NCBI GenBank assembly: GCA_965205865.1 | Contig: CBDBHR010000010.1 | Coordinates: 1 to 64,000 of the forward strand | Source of the DNA: a bacterium | GTDB lineage: Bacteria; SAR324; NAC60-12 | Length of the DNA stretch: 64,000 bases | Direction: 5' to 3' | Part shown: piece after piece, positions 49,732-61,048 of the stretch | Layout: every line of letters begins with the position of its first letter | How positions within the stretch are numbered: position 1 is the stretch's first letter | Translations under genes and position numbers: made by a program | Notes under the pieces: model-generated | Seen by the model: only the letters and a program-made list of their open reading frames with translations | The model's database searches: none | Told to the model about the DNA's origin: nothing

Positions 49732-50219
49732 CCACGATTATCCCCAGCTAATGTGGTTTGTAGCAAAGGGGCTCTGATGAAACTGATTCAGTGCAGGCTG
49801 TTCTTGACATGTTCCGGACATCCATCGACTTCATCGTCAGTGAGTCCGTGGAGAGAGATTAGACTGCTGATACCAGCCTTTTCCAAGAGGCGCATGTAGA
49901 GTTAGTAGTCGAGTTTCCCCATCTCAACCGCAGGGAGAGCTTTAAGATTTCTCAATTTTTTTCGGAATGACAGTCTTTGAATGAGTAACACCTAAACCTG
50001 GAATTGAATATGATTGAGTTTCCCCCCACTCTTTGAAGGTTTTTTTAAAAAAGAATTTGAGAGTTGAATTGATCAGTCCTTGCTCATAAAGGTTTTTCCA
50101 AGTCCATGGAAGATAATCAATTTTGTGATGATCTGATACCCGCTTTCGCGGGCACAAGATTCAAGACGTACTTCTCCCTGGATTTGAAGGACTGATTTAC
50201 ATCTCAGCAAAATCTATCC

Positions 50220-51505
50220 ACTGGAGTGAAACAAATCCAAACCTCCAACAGCGACCCATGTCATCCCATTGAGCATTGTAAAGTGTTCTTTCCGGAACTC
50301 CGGTTCAATGTCAATCCACTCGTCCATTTTCCTGCCATTCGGACCGATAGGTGCGCATGGTGGCCGGTTCCCAACGGCGCGATGCGTTACCACTACAAAG
50401 GGCCATCCAGCGCAGCGTGTTGTAATGTATCCGCATTGGATCAAGGCACTTTTGGCCCAAAAATCGTCGGTTTTAATCTGAGCCAGCGCAGTTTGATTTT
50501 TTGCTTCCTCAATCCATGTCTCAAAACCGCCCTGGCCATACTCTTTGTGAGCCTGAATCCAGGGAGTGAGCGCATCAGTGAAAACATAACGAAAAATAAC
50601 GTACTCTTCATCTCAAAAGGGTGGCCATCCCTTTGAGTTCCTCCTCTTTCTCCCTGCGTACGGCCATGAATTTTCTTGACCTCCTATGTCACATTGGTGG
50701 GAAAACTCACACCCTTCCCAAGCGGGCTGCCCCTTCAGCCATTTTTGGGTTTCCAACAACGAAGACAAGCCCCTTGAGTTTGACCTTGATCAGAAGCCAT
50801 GGCGTTCTTGGTCCAGCAAATCCCCCACAAAAAAACTTCACTGTCTCCACGAAAGGAGTGCGGAGTCCGATTTGGAAGGGAGCGAGAAGTTGCGGCAGAC
50901 GCTCATTGCTGATAGACACTCCTTATCGCCAACCCTGAAGAATCTCCTTTGTCTCTCGCAAAATGCAGCAAGGAGATACGAAGCTGCACGCGTTTGTGGA
51001 TTATATCCGACAGACACTCCTTGCTGCTTGACGGATCGTAGGCCGTTTTCACAGTGGAGTCCACGTCAATCACAAGACAAACACCCCATTATTCTGCTTG
51101 TCCCACTTCGCAAGCGCCTTACGCCAGATACCACTCGAAACACGGTTCAAGCTCTCCATCTCATTGATGTTTTTCTGTGTGAAAGTACGCAGTATCCGGC
51201 CGAATGTGGTTTCATCCGGAATCCTCAGCCAACCGGCCACACGACTCAAAACATCGTTCCAAATGTCACAATCGAACGAATGAACGGGCGCCACCAACAA
51301 TGCCGATACCGACAAACTTTGACCTGTCCACCGGGTCATTGAGACCCGTGGCGACAACGCCGATAATCGCCTGCTCTGTCTTTGAAACAATCACCTTCTT
51401 TGTGAAAAAATTTGACAGCGGAATTGCCTGCTTGCGCGGTCATATCTGCCTCCCTGGCTGATATGGAGTTTTTGGAAAGAGACTTGCGCTACCTTTGTTT
51501 TTCAT
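50220..51505 (-). mobile_element. Heavily degraded IS1380-family transposase
   Basis: Fragments RIPDETTFGR, IDVDSTV, LIKVKLKGL and ETWIEEAKNQ in shifting frames. Confidence 0.7.
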
Positions 51506-51806
51506 GGTAATCGGTGAGCTCTTAATGTCTGATTCACTATCCGAGTATTTACCATTTCCATGTTTGAATGACACGTCTTTGAATGAGTAACAAGCTATCG
51601 AACCGCTTGTTCTCACAGGTCCACGCGCCTCAGCTCAACTAATTCATCCGGGCTTTGAAGACTATTGAACAATTCCTAAAATTCCGTTACTGTCAATTCA
51701 AATATCATGGGGCAGGTCTCCCGACAATGGGTTCATGTCAGGAAACATCAAACCTACCGGGAAAGTCCCATGGATTCATGCCCTTCTCAATTTCACGCAA
51801 ATTAAT

Positions 51807-52028
51807 TTAACCTGAGTTCGAGATAAGAATTTAATAAATTCAATATGTTATGGAATCTTCATATCTTAGAGAAACCTTGTCATTCCTGCGAAAGAAGGAA
51901 TCCGGAGGTATGCAGCCAGACTGAAATCCGGATCCCCGCTCCCCGCTTTTGCGGGGACAAGTTTCGCGAGGATGACATATGCACTAGGATATTCATATTA
52001 TTGAAGATTTATGTCGAACTCAGGTTAA
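51807..52028. mobile_element. MITE-like element with 20-bp terminal inverted repeats and an internal REP-like palindrome
   Basis: TTAACCTGAGTTCGAGATAA and TTATGTCGAACTCAGGTTAA (19/20 match); internal GTCATTCCTGCGAAAG...TTTCGCGAGGATGAC. Confidence 0.75.
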
Positions 52029-52411
52029 TTTATGCAATCGATGAGACGTCATTGACTGGTATTAAAACGCATGGAATGGATCTTTAGAATAAAAATAAAG
52101 GATGTCCACTTGGGTCTCGACTTTGAACATTTTATCCAACTTTTGGGTTTAATAAAATCAATGTCTTACGAATCTGTATTGGAATTAATACAGGTCGTAT
52201 CATCAAAAACGGAAAACAGTAACCTGTATTAATTTTTTACAGAATTTCAACCAATTGATATTATTGAATAATGAAAATTAAAAGAATAAATCGAATGTCC
52301 AAAGTCCAGCTTGGGTGATAATTGCTATAAAAAAGTGAAAGAAGGAATGAAACATTTCGAGACAAAACATGAGATATTGACAACTGGGAATTCGCAAAGG
52401 AAGGTTGAGAA

Positions 52412-53437
52412 ATGAGTGCAATGAATAAACAAATCATCCTGCGTCGCACAGTGCAGGGTATGCCGGTTCCGGAAGATTACGAACTTGTGGAAAATCCCAT
52501 ACCGCAACCGGGGGAAGGGGAGGTCCTGGTTCGTACCATCTATCTGTCCCTGGATCCTTACATGAGGGGAAGGATGGGTAGGGCCGAGGCGGTGGGTCAG
52601 GTCTTGATTGGCGGTGTGGTTGGCCAAGTAGTTGCTTCACGCAATGCGCAATTCCAAGAGGGCCAATTCGTTTGCCAGTACGTGGGAGGTTATGGATGGC
52701 AAAGTCATGGTGTGGCTGCAGGCCCCGAGTTGCGCGTCTTGGACCCGGACCTGGTGCCATTATCCACGACCCTTGGTGTGGCCGGTATGCCGGGGGTGTC
52801 CGCTTATTTTGGCTTGTTTGCGGTAGGGAAACCGGTCTCCGGAGAGACAGTCGTGGTTTCGGCTGCAGCGGGCGCCGTCGGCGCCGTCGTGGGGCAGCTT
52901 GCCAAAATGAAGAACTGTCGGGCGGTTGGCATCGCGGGCAGCGACAAGAAATGCGCCTACATCGTCAATGAACTCGGTTTCGATGCCGCCATCAATTATC
53001 GTACCGGAGACCTGGCTGCCGGGCTTGCCAAGAGCTGTCCTGGTGGCGTCGATGTTTACTTTGACAACGTCGGAGGACCCGTCTTGGATGCAGCGCTGGC
53101 GCAGATCAACTCCCGGGCGCGCATCGTGCTCTGTGGTTCCATTTCCGAGTACAACGAGCCTCTTGGCGGGCGACAGGGACCAAGCCTCAACCGCCTCTTG
53201 CAGGGAAACCTGGCCCGTATGGAGGGATTCAATCAGGGTCAATACCAGGACCGTCACGAAGAGGCCCTGGCTCTGCTCGCCTGGTGGGTGCGCAGCGGCC
53301 AACTCAAGTACAAGGAAGACGTCATCGTTGGGCTGGAAAATACGCCCGACGCGTTCATAGGCATGATGCATGGCAAGAACTTCGGCAAACTGCTGATTCA
53401 GGTTAGCGAGGATCCTACTCGCTCCAGTGGCGCGTAG
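52412..53437 (+). CDS. NADP-dependent oxidoreductase (MDR, prostaglandin reductase/CurA-like)
   Basis: LSLDPYMRGRM, VSAAAGAVG, YFDNVGG, GKNFGKL. Confidence 0.92.
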   Translation: MSAMNKQIILRRTVQGMPVPEDYELVENPIPQPGEGEVLVRTIYLSLDPYMRGRMGRAEAVGQVLIGGVVGQVVASRNAQFQEGQFVCQYVGGYGWQSHGVAAGPELRVLDPDLVPLSTTLGVAGMPGVSAYFGLFAVGKPVSGETVVVSAAAGAVGAVVGQLAKMKNCRAVGIAGSDKKCAYIVNELGFDAAINYRTGDLAAGLAKSCPGGVDVYFDNVGGPVLDAALAQINSRARIVLCGSISEYNEPLGGRQGPSLNRLLQGNLARMEGFNQGQYQDRHEEALALLAWWVRSGQLKYKEDVIVGLENTPDAFIGMMHGKNFGKLLIQVSEDPTRSSGA

Positions 53438-53619
53438 CGTTGGAGGAATGCATTCATTCCCGTCGTACCCCTGGTATGGCTGCAGATTCCTTTTCTATTA
53501 GGAAGTGCCGTCATCGTAGAGCAGGTTTTTTCCCTGCCAGGCAAGGGATGTTTGGTTCGATGCGTAAAAACAAAAAAGGATCAGGGTCAGCGCGATTTGA
53601 GAATTCGTGTTTAGAATTT

Positions 53620-54167
53620 TCTTATTTTGGCAACACGCCGAAGGCATTCTGCGTAGGGTGAAGAAAGACGAATCCTGGCCGCGCCAAATCCCTTCGATCA
53701 GTACAGCCAACGATGAACTCCGCGCTTTTTTCACAAAAAGTACGACTTCGATTTTGGGAGAAGATGAGGAACAGATAAAATTATGTATCCCACAGTATCC
53801 ACCGGTGGGAAAGCGGATGTTGATCGAGAATGGCTCTTGGTCGCGAGCATTGAAGCGGGAAAAAGTCCATTTTTCCAAATGCGAAATGCGCTGCATCCTG
53901 GGGTGTCTCAAATTGCTGCTGGAAACCGGTCACGCCGCTCTCGACTGCAAACAATCCGTCCATGACATTTACAACCAATGGGTGGACGAAGGGAATCTGC
54001 AAAGACCCTGGGGAGCGCCCCACATGAAAAGCTGGTCCAAAAATAGTAAAGGTCGGATGACCCAAAACTGGCCGTATACCTTGCTTGAGTTCTGGAACCA
54101 AACCCAAGCGCCCAAGAGATCGGATAACAACTTATTCTTTCACGACTGCGAACAAACTTTGAAATGA
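53620..54167 (+). pseudogene. Internally deleted remnant of a flavin-containing (BVMO-type) monooxygenase
   Basis: YPPVGKRMLIENGSW and SWSKNSKGRMTQNWP; no Rossmann motifs remain. Confidence 0.65.
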
Positions 54168-54174
54168 TTCCAAC

Positions 54175-55059
54175 TCAGTTGACCAGTCCCAGCGTTTTCA
54201 GTTTTTGAAACAGCTCGCTTCGTTCGGAAGGGGTCAAACTTTGATAGGGCGGACGGGGATCACCGCAATCGACACCAAGCCTTTCGCTGATCACCGCTTT
54301 GATGACGGCTGGAAATCGAGGTGTTTCGGCTAAAACTGCCACCTTAGCGCATTTTTCCTGCGCAGCAATGGCTTCTTTGAAGTTACCGGCCTGGAACGCA
54401 TCCCAAACCGCCACCCACAATTCGGGTGCCATATTGGGAGGACCATCGATACACCCTTGCGCGCCCACAGTGAGGGCAGGCAGCATCAAGCGACAATTTC
54501 CAATCATGCAGTTCAGTCCCATGTTGCTGAAATGGCGAACGAATCCCATGTTAAGTGCGGAATGTTTCAGTCCCTCTAGTTGGGGTACCTTATCCTGGAT
54601 CTTCTGTAACAATGCCGGAGTGATTTCCACTTGGGTCGCTTGGGGAAGATTGTAAACAAAAAAAGGCAAATCGGCAGCCCCCGCTACAATGCGGTAATGT
54701 TCAACAATTGCCTCGTCCGACTGCGAGTAGAAAAAGGGCGGTACGCAACAGATTGCGTCAACCCCGCATTTGGCAGCATGTTCCGCCAGCTTGGCTGAGC
54801 GGACCGTGGTCGGGGCGCCCACATGCATGATGTTTTTAATTCTCCCTTGTGCCAGATCTACTGCAATTTCCGCAATGCGACGATTTTCTTCATCGTCCAA
54901 CAAGATACTTTCCCCCGTGCCTCCGGCAACCCAGAACCCATGGACCCCGGCTTGGATGTTGAATTCCATCACTTGCCGAAAAATGGATTCGTTCAATTGC
55001 CCGTCTGCTGTCATAGGCGTGATCATGGCGGGATAAACCCCGCTGAATTTTGATTTCAT
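54175..55059 (-). CDS. DapA/NanA-family aldolase
   Basis: GGTGE, PPFFY, VYNLP, GLKHS (Schiff-base Lys). Confidence 0.9.
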   Translation of the reverse strand: MKSKFSGVYPAMITPMTADGQLNESIFRQVMEFNIQAGVHGFWVAGGTGESILLDDEENRRIAEIAVDLAQGRIKNIMHVGAPTTVRSAKLAEHAAKCGVDAICCVPPFFYSQSDEAIVEHYRIVAGAADLPFFVYNLPQATQVEITPALLQKIQDKVPQLEGLKHSALNMGFVRHFSNMGLNCMIGNCRLMLPALTVGAQGCIDGPPNMAPELWVAVWDAFQAGNFKEAIAAQEKCAKVAVLAETPRFPAVIKAVISERLGVDCGDPRPPYQSLTPSERSELFQKLKTLGLVN

Positions 55060-55273
55060 TTGATTCCTTTATAAGTAGGAGATTATGATCTCCCGAGTCA
55101 GAAAATCGCAAAATTTCAGGTAAATATTTACTACTAATTCAGGCAACTTCAGATGTCAAGTATATTTTTGCTCATTGCTTTCTCATGTAACTTCAACCTG
55201 TTATTTATTCGCCTTCCTGAAGGCATCACGTAGTTTGTTGCTCTGGAGGGATTTCTAAGGAAATTTGAGGAGA

Positions 55274-56047
55274 TCATTGCTCAAGACACAGGCGGAAACC
55301 AATGTTGCCGCTGCGAAATTCCGGTAAAAACTTATCACGATTCCCCGAGCGCAAGTAATTCGGGATGCTGTCCCAACTGCCACCACGAAAGACTCGGAAA
55401 AAGCCTGACTCAGTCCCCAGGGATTGGCCGCAAAACTCTTCACCGGTGCTGCTCTCGCATGCGCATCCTCGCAGGATTGTTTCCATTGCAAATCTGAAGA
55501 TTGGTCGGCCAAATTAGCCGATTGACAAATATCCGCTGTGCTATCGCCCCAATGGTAGATCGTCGTGCTACCTGCGCGTGCCGCATATTCCCATTCTGCT
55601 TCGCTGCACAACCGGTATTGCTGTTCAGTGGTCTGATTTTTTCAGGCAATATATGCCTGCGTATCATGCCAACTGACACACACCACCGGATGATCGACCC
55701 CCTGTGAAAAACCAGGATCCAGCCAGGTTTTCGTGGGATCTTTCTTCCAATTCTCTCCCGTATGGAAATAACACCCCTCTCCTGGGTCGGATTCACTGGG
55801 GTACCCGGTGGCCTCCACAAACTCCTGAAATTCCCCACAGGGTCACTTCATGGTCCGAAATCAAAAAGTGTTGGCTGATGTGGACGTTGTGGACGGTTAT
55901 TTCATCTTCATCATGCTCCAGGCCGCCCCTCTGGAATTTTTCCGCTTCGATCCGCACAAACGCTAACGGGACCGTTTCCCGGGCAGAAAGCCCGCTCGTT
56001 GACAGTGGCAGCAAAGCGATTATAAAAAAGAGAAAAAATTTTCTCAT
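55274..56047 (-). pseudogene. Formylglycine-generating enzyme (SUMF1) family, multiple frameshifts
   Basis: HEVT, HPVVCVS, SEAEWEYAARAG, ANPWGL, RVFRGGSW and IGFRL split over frames. Confidence 0.8.
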
Positions 56048-56287
56048 AATTTACTACCTTCAGCCCGGGTGGAGTTCCCCTTCAGCCTAAAATTAACCTT
56101 TGATTGCTCCGGCCGTCAATCCGGAAGCGAAATAGCGCTGCAGCCAGATGAAAACGGCCACGACTGGCAGAGAGACAAACAAAAGCCCGGCGGACATCGT
56201 CGAGTAATAAAGGTATAAGAAAAAACTTGCTTTGGCTCTCTTATTGAACTAAGGTTAGTTTAGTTTAAATCAATGAGGAGAAAAAAC

Positions 56288-56530
56288 ATGAGGTCGATCA
56301 ACATGCATGAAGCCAAAACGAATTTATCCCGCATTGCCGAGGAGGTGGCCGCGGGAGAAGAAATTATTGTAGCTAAAGCCGGGAAACCGAAAATGAAATT
56401 GGTCCCTTGGGATCATGGCAAAAAAAAGATAAAGCTCGGCGCTTTAAAAGGGAAGATCCGGATCAGTGAAGATTTTGATGAACCGTTGCCTCAAGAAATG
56501 TTGGAGGCGTTCTATGGATTCCGTCAATGA
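56288..56530 (+). CDS. Phd/YefM-family antitoxin
   Basis: NMHEAKTNLSR, IIVAKAGKP, DFDEPLP. Confidence 0.92.
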   Translation: MRSINMHEAKTNLSRIAEEVAAGEEIIVAKAGKPKMKLVPWDHGKKKIKLGALKGKIRISEDFDEPLPQEMLEAFYGFRQ

Positions 56531-56910
56531 GAGTGTTATTGGACACGCACATTTTTTTGTGGTGTTTGGCTGAAAGCAAGGATTTACCGAAAGAAGCCCA
56601 TCAGTTGGTATTATCTGCCGATGAAGTGTACGCCAGTACTGTCAATATTTGGGAAATCGTGATTAAGCGTTCGCTCGGAAAACTGGAGCTGACGTTTGAC
56701 ATTCAAGAATTGATGAAAGTGACGGCAGAAAGTGGTTTTGAAATGCTGTACATCCAACCGGATCATGCCCTAAAGCTAATGGATCTGGAAAATCATCATA
56801 GCGATCCCTTTGATCGGATGTTGATTGCGCAAAGCCTGGTGGAACCCCTGCATTTAGTGACCCGCGATGCCATCGTGGCCAAATACAATGCTAATATTAT
56901 TCAAGTGTAG
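56527..56910 (+). CDS. vapC: VapC-family PIN toxin
   Basis: LLDTHIFLW, WEIVIK, HSDPFDRMLIAQ. Confidence 0.92.
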   Translation: MRVLLDTHIFLWCLAESKDLPKEAHQLVLSADEVYASTVNIWEIVIKRSLGKLELTFDIQELMKVTAESGFEMLYIQPDHALKLMDLENHHSDPFDRMLIAQSLVEPLHLVTRDAIVAKYNANIIQV

Positions 56911-58585
56911 GTATGGGCCGTTGCACTTGGAGCAAGGTCCCGAGAGGAGGTTGATCGATGCGAGTAAGATGACCGTCCGGCCAAATCACTTCCAAATGCT
57001 GTATGTCGTTGGCTTTGGCGTTGCCCAAACCAAAATGGACGCGGGGCGGAAGGCTGGAGAGATAACCGCTGCTGAGGCGTACCTCACGATGCAGGATCCC
57101 CTGGGTGGTGCGCAAACGCAGCTTTGCGCCAATGGCACGACGATTGGGGGAGCCCTCCCAGTGCAAGGCGACTTCCAAGGCGCTGCCGCCACAAAGTCGA
57201 TTCTCGAACAGGACCGACGGCTTTGCGAGGTTGTTGACCACGATATCCAAATCCCCATCATTGTCCAAATCGGCAAAACTCATCCCCCGTCCGCTCTCGA
57301 TAGCCCCCAGGCCCCATTCCGGAGCTGGGATGAAGTGCCCGGTGCCATCATTGCGCAAGGCCTGGTTTTCTTGAACCAATTCATTTCCTGGAAAAGTTGC
57401 AAAGATAACCGGGTCGAACATGCCATTGACGACGTAGATGTCGACGGCGCCATCGTTGTCCAGGTCCCCGAATTGTAACGACCAGCTCCAGCCGGTGGCA
57501 TCCACCCCTGCCTCCCTGCCACGTTCGGAAAAGGCTGAAACGTTGCTGCGGCGCGACTGTAGGGTATTGGCGAGGAACTGGACCCCATCTCCAGACTGCA
57601 TCGAAACAGGGCCTTCCAATTCCGGCTGCCAAATGGGGTCTGCCAGGTAGGGCTTCATATCGGTCGCCATGATTTCAAATTTTCCGTCGTTGTCAATATC
57701 GCCTTCTGCGAAGCCCATGGTATTGGAGGTGGTGCGCTCGAAGGGAAAGGCATCCTCCCAGCCCTCCGGTTTGTTGAGGAAGGCCACGTCAGGCGGAGCG
57801 AAATCGTTGCCAACCAGAATATCCCGGCGTCCGTCGGCATCCAGATCAGTTAGCAAGATCGCCAGGGCTTCGGCGGAAGGGAAAAGGAGAAATGCCTTGA
57901 AGCTCCCCCTTTCATTGGTGTAGAGATAGATTCCTCCACCCACCGGAGTGCCAGCAAAAATAGAGCCTAGCCCGAGAGAGTTGAGTTCACGATCATAGGA
58001 GCCCCCAACCATGTCGAGATCCCCATCATCGTCCAGGTCTCCCCAGGCCATCACAAAGGGAAATTGCCGGTTGATGAAATCTTGTTTGGCGACGCGGGTG
58101 AAGTCAGGCTGCCTGGGATTCCCTCCCGCACGCCAGAAAGAAGGGCGGTTACCGGAGTGGGTGAACACCAAGTCGAGCCGACCGTCGCCATCCACGTCCA
58201 CCGCATTGACGGCGCGTGAACCGTCGGCATCCAGGGATTCGCTCTGAAAACTCAAGCCCCCCTGGTTCCACAGAATGTTCGATGGCACATGTTGCCCGGC
58301 CAAGATGATATCGATCTGGCCATCCTCATTGAGGTCCGCCAAAGCCACTCCGGCCCCATGGCCTTGATACAAGCCGATGCGTTCTTTGTCACTGCGGGTC
58401 ACATGAGGTAGGCGATGGGGCACGAAGGAACCGCTGCACTGACGTGAATCAATGGACAGGGGTTGAGATTCCTCCACGACGGAAGCTGACGGAGCGCCAG
58501 GCCGCATAGTGGTACACCCTGACAGTACGATTGCTAGACCGAAAAGCGCTATAATTCGACTTTCAATGAACGCGATTCCATCCAT
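56897..58585 (-). CDS. CRTAC1-family lipoprotein (FG-GAP repeats plus ASPIC/UnbV domain)
   Basis: Lipobox LSGC, repeated DxDxDGxxD motifs, NRRAIGA...GYLS...VHFGLG...WPDG. Confidence 0.9.
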   Translation of the reverse strand: MDGIAFIESRIIALFGLAIVLSGCTTMRPGAPSASVVEESQPLSIDSRQCSGSFVPHRLPHVTRSDKERIGLYQGHGAGVALADLNEDGQIDIILAGQHVPSNILWNQGGLSFQSESLDADGSRAVNAVDVDGDGRLDLVFTHSGNRPSFWRAGGNPRQPDFTRVAKQDFINRQFPFVMAWGDLDDDGDLDMVGGSYDRELNSLGLGSIFAGTPVGGGIYLYTNERGSFKAFLLFPSAEALAILLTDLDADGRRDILVGNDFAPPDVAFLNKPEGWEDAFPFERTTSNTMGFAEGDIDNDGKFEIMATDMKPYLADPIWQPELEGPVSMQSGDGVQFLANTLQSRRSNVSAFSERGREAGVDATGWSWSLQFGDLDNDGAVDIYVVNGMFDPVIFATFPGNELVQENQALRNDGTGHFIPAPEWGLGAIESGRGMSFADLDNDGDLDIVVNNLAKPSVLFENRLCGGSALEVALHWEGSPNRRAIGAKLRLRTTQGILHREVRLSSGYLSSLPPRVHFGLGNAKANDIQHLEVIWPDGHLTRIDQPPLGTLLQVQRPIPTLE

Positions 58586-58618
58586 GTTGCAGATAAACTT
58601 GTGGTCACGGCAACTATT

Positions 58619-60240
58619 TTAACCTTTTACCGCTCCAGATGTCAATCCGGAGGCATAGTATTTTTGGAATGGAATATAGATAATTGCGATAGGAATGATG
58701 ATTAAAAGCAACCCTGCGGACATAGTAGCGTAAAATGTATAATAATTAATGCTATACTCTCTTAAGAGTCCCATTGGCACCGTCAACAATGTCTCACGGG
58801 TATTGAGGATCATCACATATGTAGTGACCACGGGTTGTCAATGGAGAATGCTTCCCAAAGATTTTCCTCCTTGGCAAAGTGTTTATTACCACTACAATAA
58901 ATGGTGCAAGAACGACACTTGGTTCCTGATTCACCAGTTTCTCCATCGGCAAACCCGAATAGAAACGGGCAGAGCTCCCGAACCCAGTGCTGCAATGATT
59001 GATAGTCAATCCGTCAAAACCACGGAACTGGCTGATAGTCGAGGTTTTGATGGAAATAAACGAATCAAAGGGCATAAAAGGCATGTAGCTGTCGATATCT
59101 CGGGAATTCCTCTCATGGTTAAAGTCACTGATGCCAATGCCTCCGATTCCAAAAGTGCTTACGATCTTTTGGAATCGATGTTTAGCTGGTTCTTTTCGAT
59201 TCAGATGATTTGGGCCGACGGAGGTTATCGAGGGGAATTAGCCCAATGGTTATGGAATCGATTTCAATGTGAACTTGAGATCACTCTAAACCTCCAAGGA
59301 ACGGGCTTTCAGGTCCTACCGAAAAGGTGGATCGTCGAAAGAACCTTTTCCTGGTTTGGATGGTATCGAAGACTCAACATCGATTATGAAAGAAAAACAA
59401 AAAACTCTGAAAACATGATCTATGTCGCTATGATTTGCTTGATGTTAAAGAGAATTAAATGACTTTCAAACAGGTTCTTAAGAGTCCCATTGGCACCGTC
59501 AACAATGTCTCACGGGTATTGAGGATCATCACATAGAGCAAATGATTCCAGGAAGCCAGGAAGGAGAACAAGGCGACCGATGCGATGCCCGGCGTAATTA
59601 CTGGGACCACAATATTCCATAAGATCCGGAATCTTGATGCGCCGTCAATGATGGTTGCATCTTCAAGGTCTTTATCAATCGTATCACAAAAACTTTTTAT
59701 CATCCAAATTGAGAAAGGAAGCACTATCCCCGTCATAGCAATGATCAGTCCTGTATAGGTATTGAGCATCTTCAGGTTTCTTTACATGACATAAAGTGGG
59801 ACAACGATTGCGATGTAGGGGAACATCTGTGTATTGAGGGCAAGAACCATCAACGATATCCTGCCAAAAAACTGAAACCTTGAAAACCCATATCCTGTCA
59901 TGATTGCTAAGACTATACTCAAATATGTCACTGAACCTGAGACAATCAACCCATTAATCACTAAACCAATAAAAGGGGAGAAACTGGGCCATGCTGGTGA
60001 CTTGTTCATGACTACCTCACCAGTTGTTTGATTTTCAAAGCGTCCTATTAAAGGGTGTAAATAATTATCCAGCGTGAAACTCCTCGGCAGCCAATAAATT
60101 GGACTGATGATGGTTTCACGATTATCAATGAAAGAGGTTTTCAGAAGCCATAATACGGGAAACAGAACTGCAATCAGACCAGCCGTGAGCACAATTTTTC
60201 TGCTGGCTTCTGTTATTGATTTTTCAAGTTGTTGTGCCAT
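58619..60240 (-). pseudogene. Carbohydrate ABC permease (MalG-like), with a premature stop and interrupted by IS5
   Basis: GYGFSRF, LEDATIIDGA, FLASWN, GLTSGAVKG; TAA at 59782. Confidence 0.85.
58820..59477 (+). mobile_element. IS5-family (IS1031-like) element, left part missing
   Basis: TGCQWRMLPKDFPPWQSVY, IDSQSVK, WADGGY, KRWIVERTFSW; right end TTTCAAACAGGTTC followed by TTA. Confidence 0.9.
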
Positions 60241-60263
60241 CAGAACACCTTCATTGTTTTAAT

Positions 60264-60964
60264 TTAAATTACTGAAAAAACCATCAGTGTTAACAGCCAC
60301 ATTACCCCAAGGGCGCTTGTATATCCAAGATCCAGGTCCTTAAATGCCATTCTCTGAGCCAGGATGACCAGTGTTTCAGTTCGAGCATAAGGCCCTCCTG
60401 AAGTGGTAGCATAGATCAGGTCGAAAAATTAAATCCCCAAACGATGGAAAGTATGGTTGTGATAACAATAATATTTTTAAGAAAAGGAAGAGTAATGTAC
60501 CTGAATTTTGAAATTCCCCCGGCTCCGTCAATCATGGCAGCCTCCTCAATTTCCTTGGGTATGGTTTTGAGACCGGCAAGAAACATCGTCATGAAAAATG
60601 GAAAAGCCAGCCACGAAGTGACATTGATGATAAACCATGGAGCCAGCGTTGGGTCGACAAAAACATTTACGCTTTTTTCAACAATGCCAAACATCACCAT
60701 GAGTTCCACCATGACCCCCATCCTCTCATCGAACAAGTAGACGCACATGTAAGCAACACATACCCCCGGCATGATCCATGGAAGCATAAGGACAGATCCT
60801 ATCACTCTTGAACTTCTTTCCTCTCTGTTAAGGGCTAAAGCCATCATGAGGCCGAAAACAGCACCAAAAATTGTCCATAACCCCGTCATGAATATTGTAT
60901 TTGAAACAGCCCCCCAAGAAATAATCATCCGCAAACAGCTTCTCGTAGTTACCAAAGCCAATAC
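60264..60964 (-). pseudogene. Carbohydrate ABC permease (MalF-like), 5'-truncated and frameshifted
   Basis: IGFGNY, LPWIMP, EAAMIDGA, FRYITLP, TSGGP. Confidence 0.8.
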
Positions 60965-61048
60965 AAATTGAAGATATGATAAAAAATGGTATCTCTTTAA
61001 TTCCATTTTTAAGTGATAAAATTAAAGATTTTACTTTAAAGATATATT

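Noticed and set aside
49788-49940. Sugar-phosphate isomerase gene on the minus strand
   Set aside because: Only a short C-terminal-like fragment with an internal stop; the family cannot be supported.
53548-53580. IS1380 copy
   Set aside because: Only a ~30-bp match to 61317-61348; too short to call an element.
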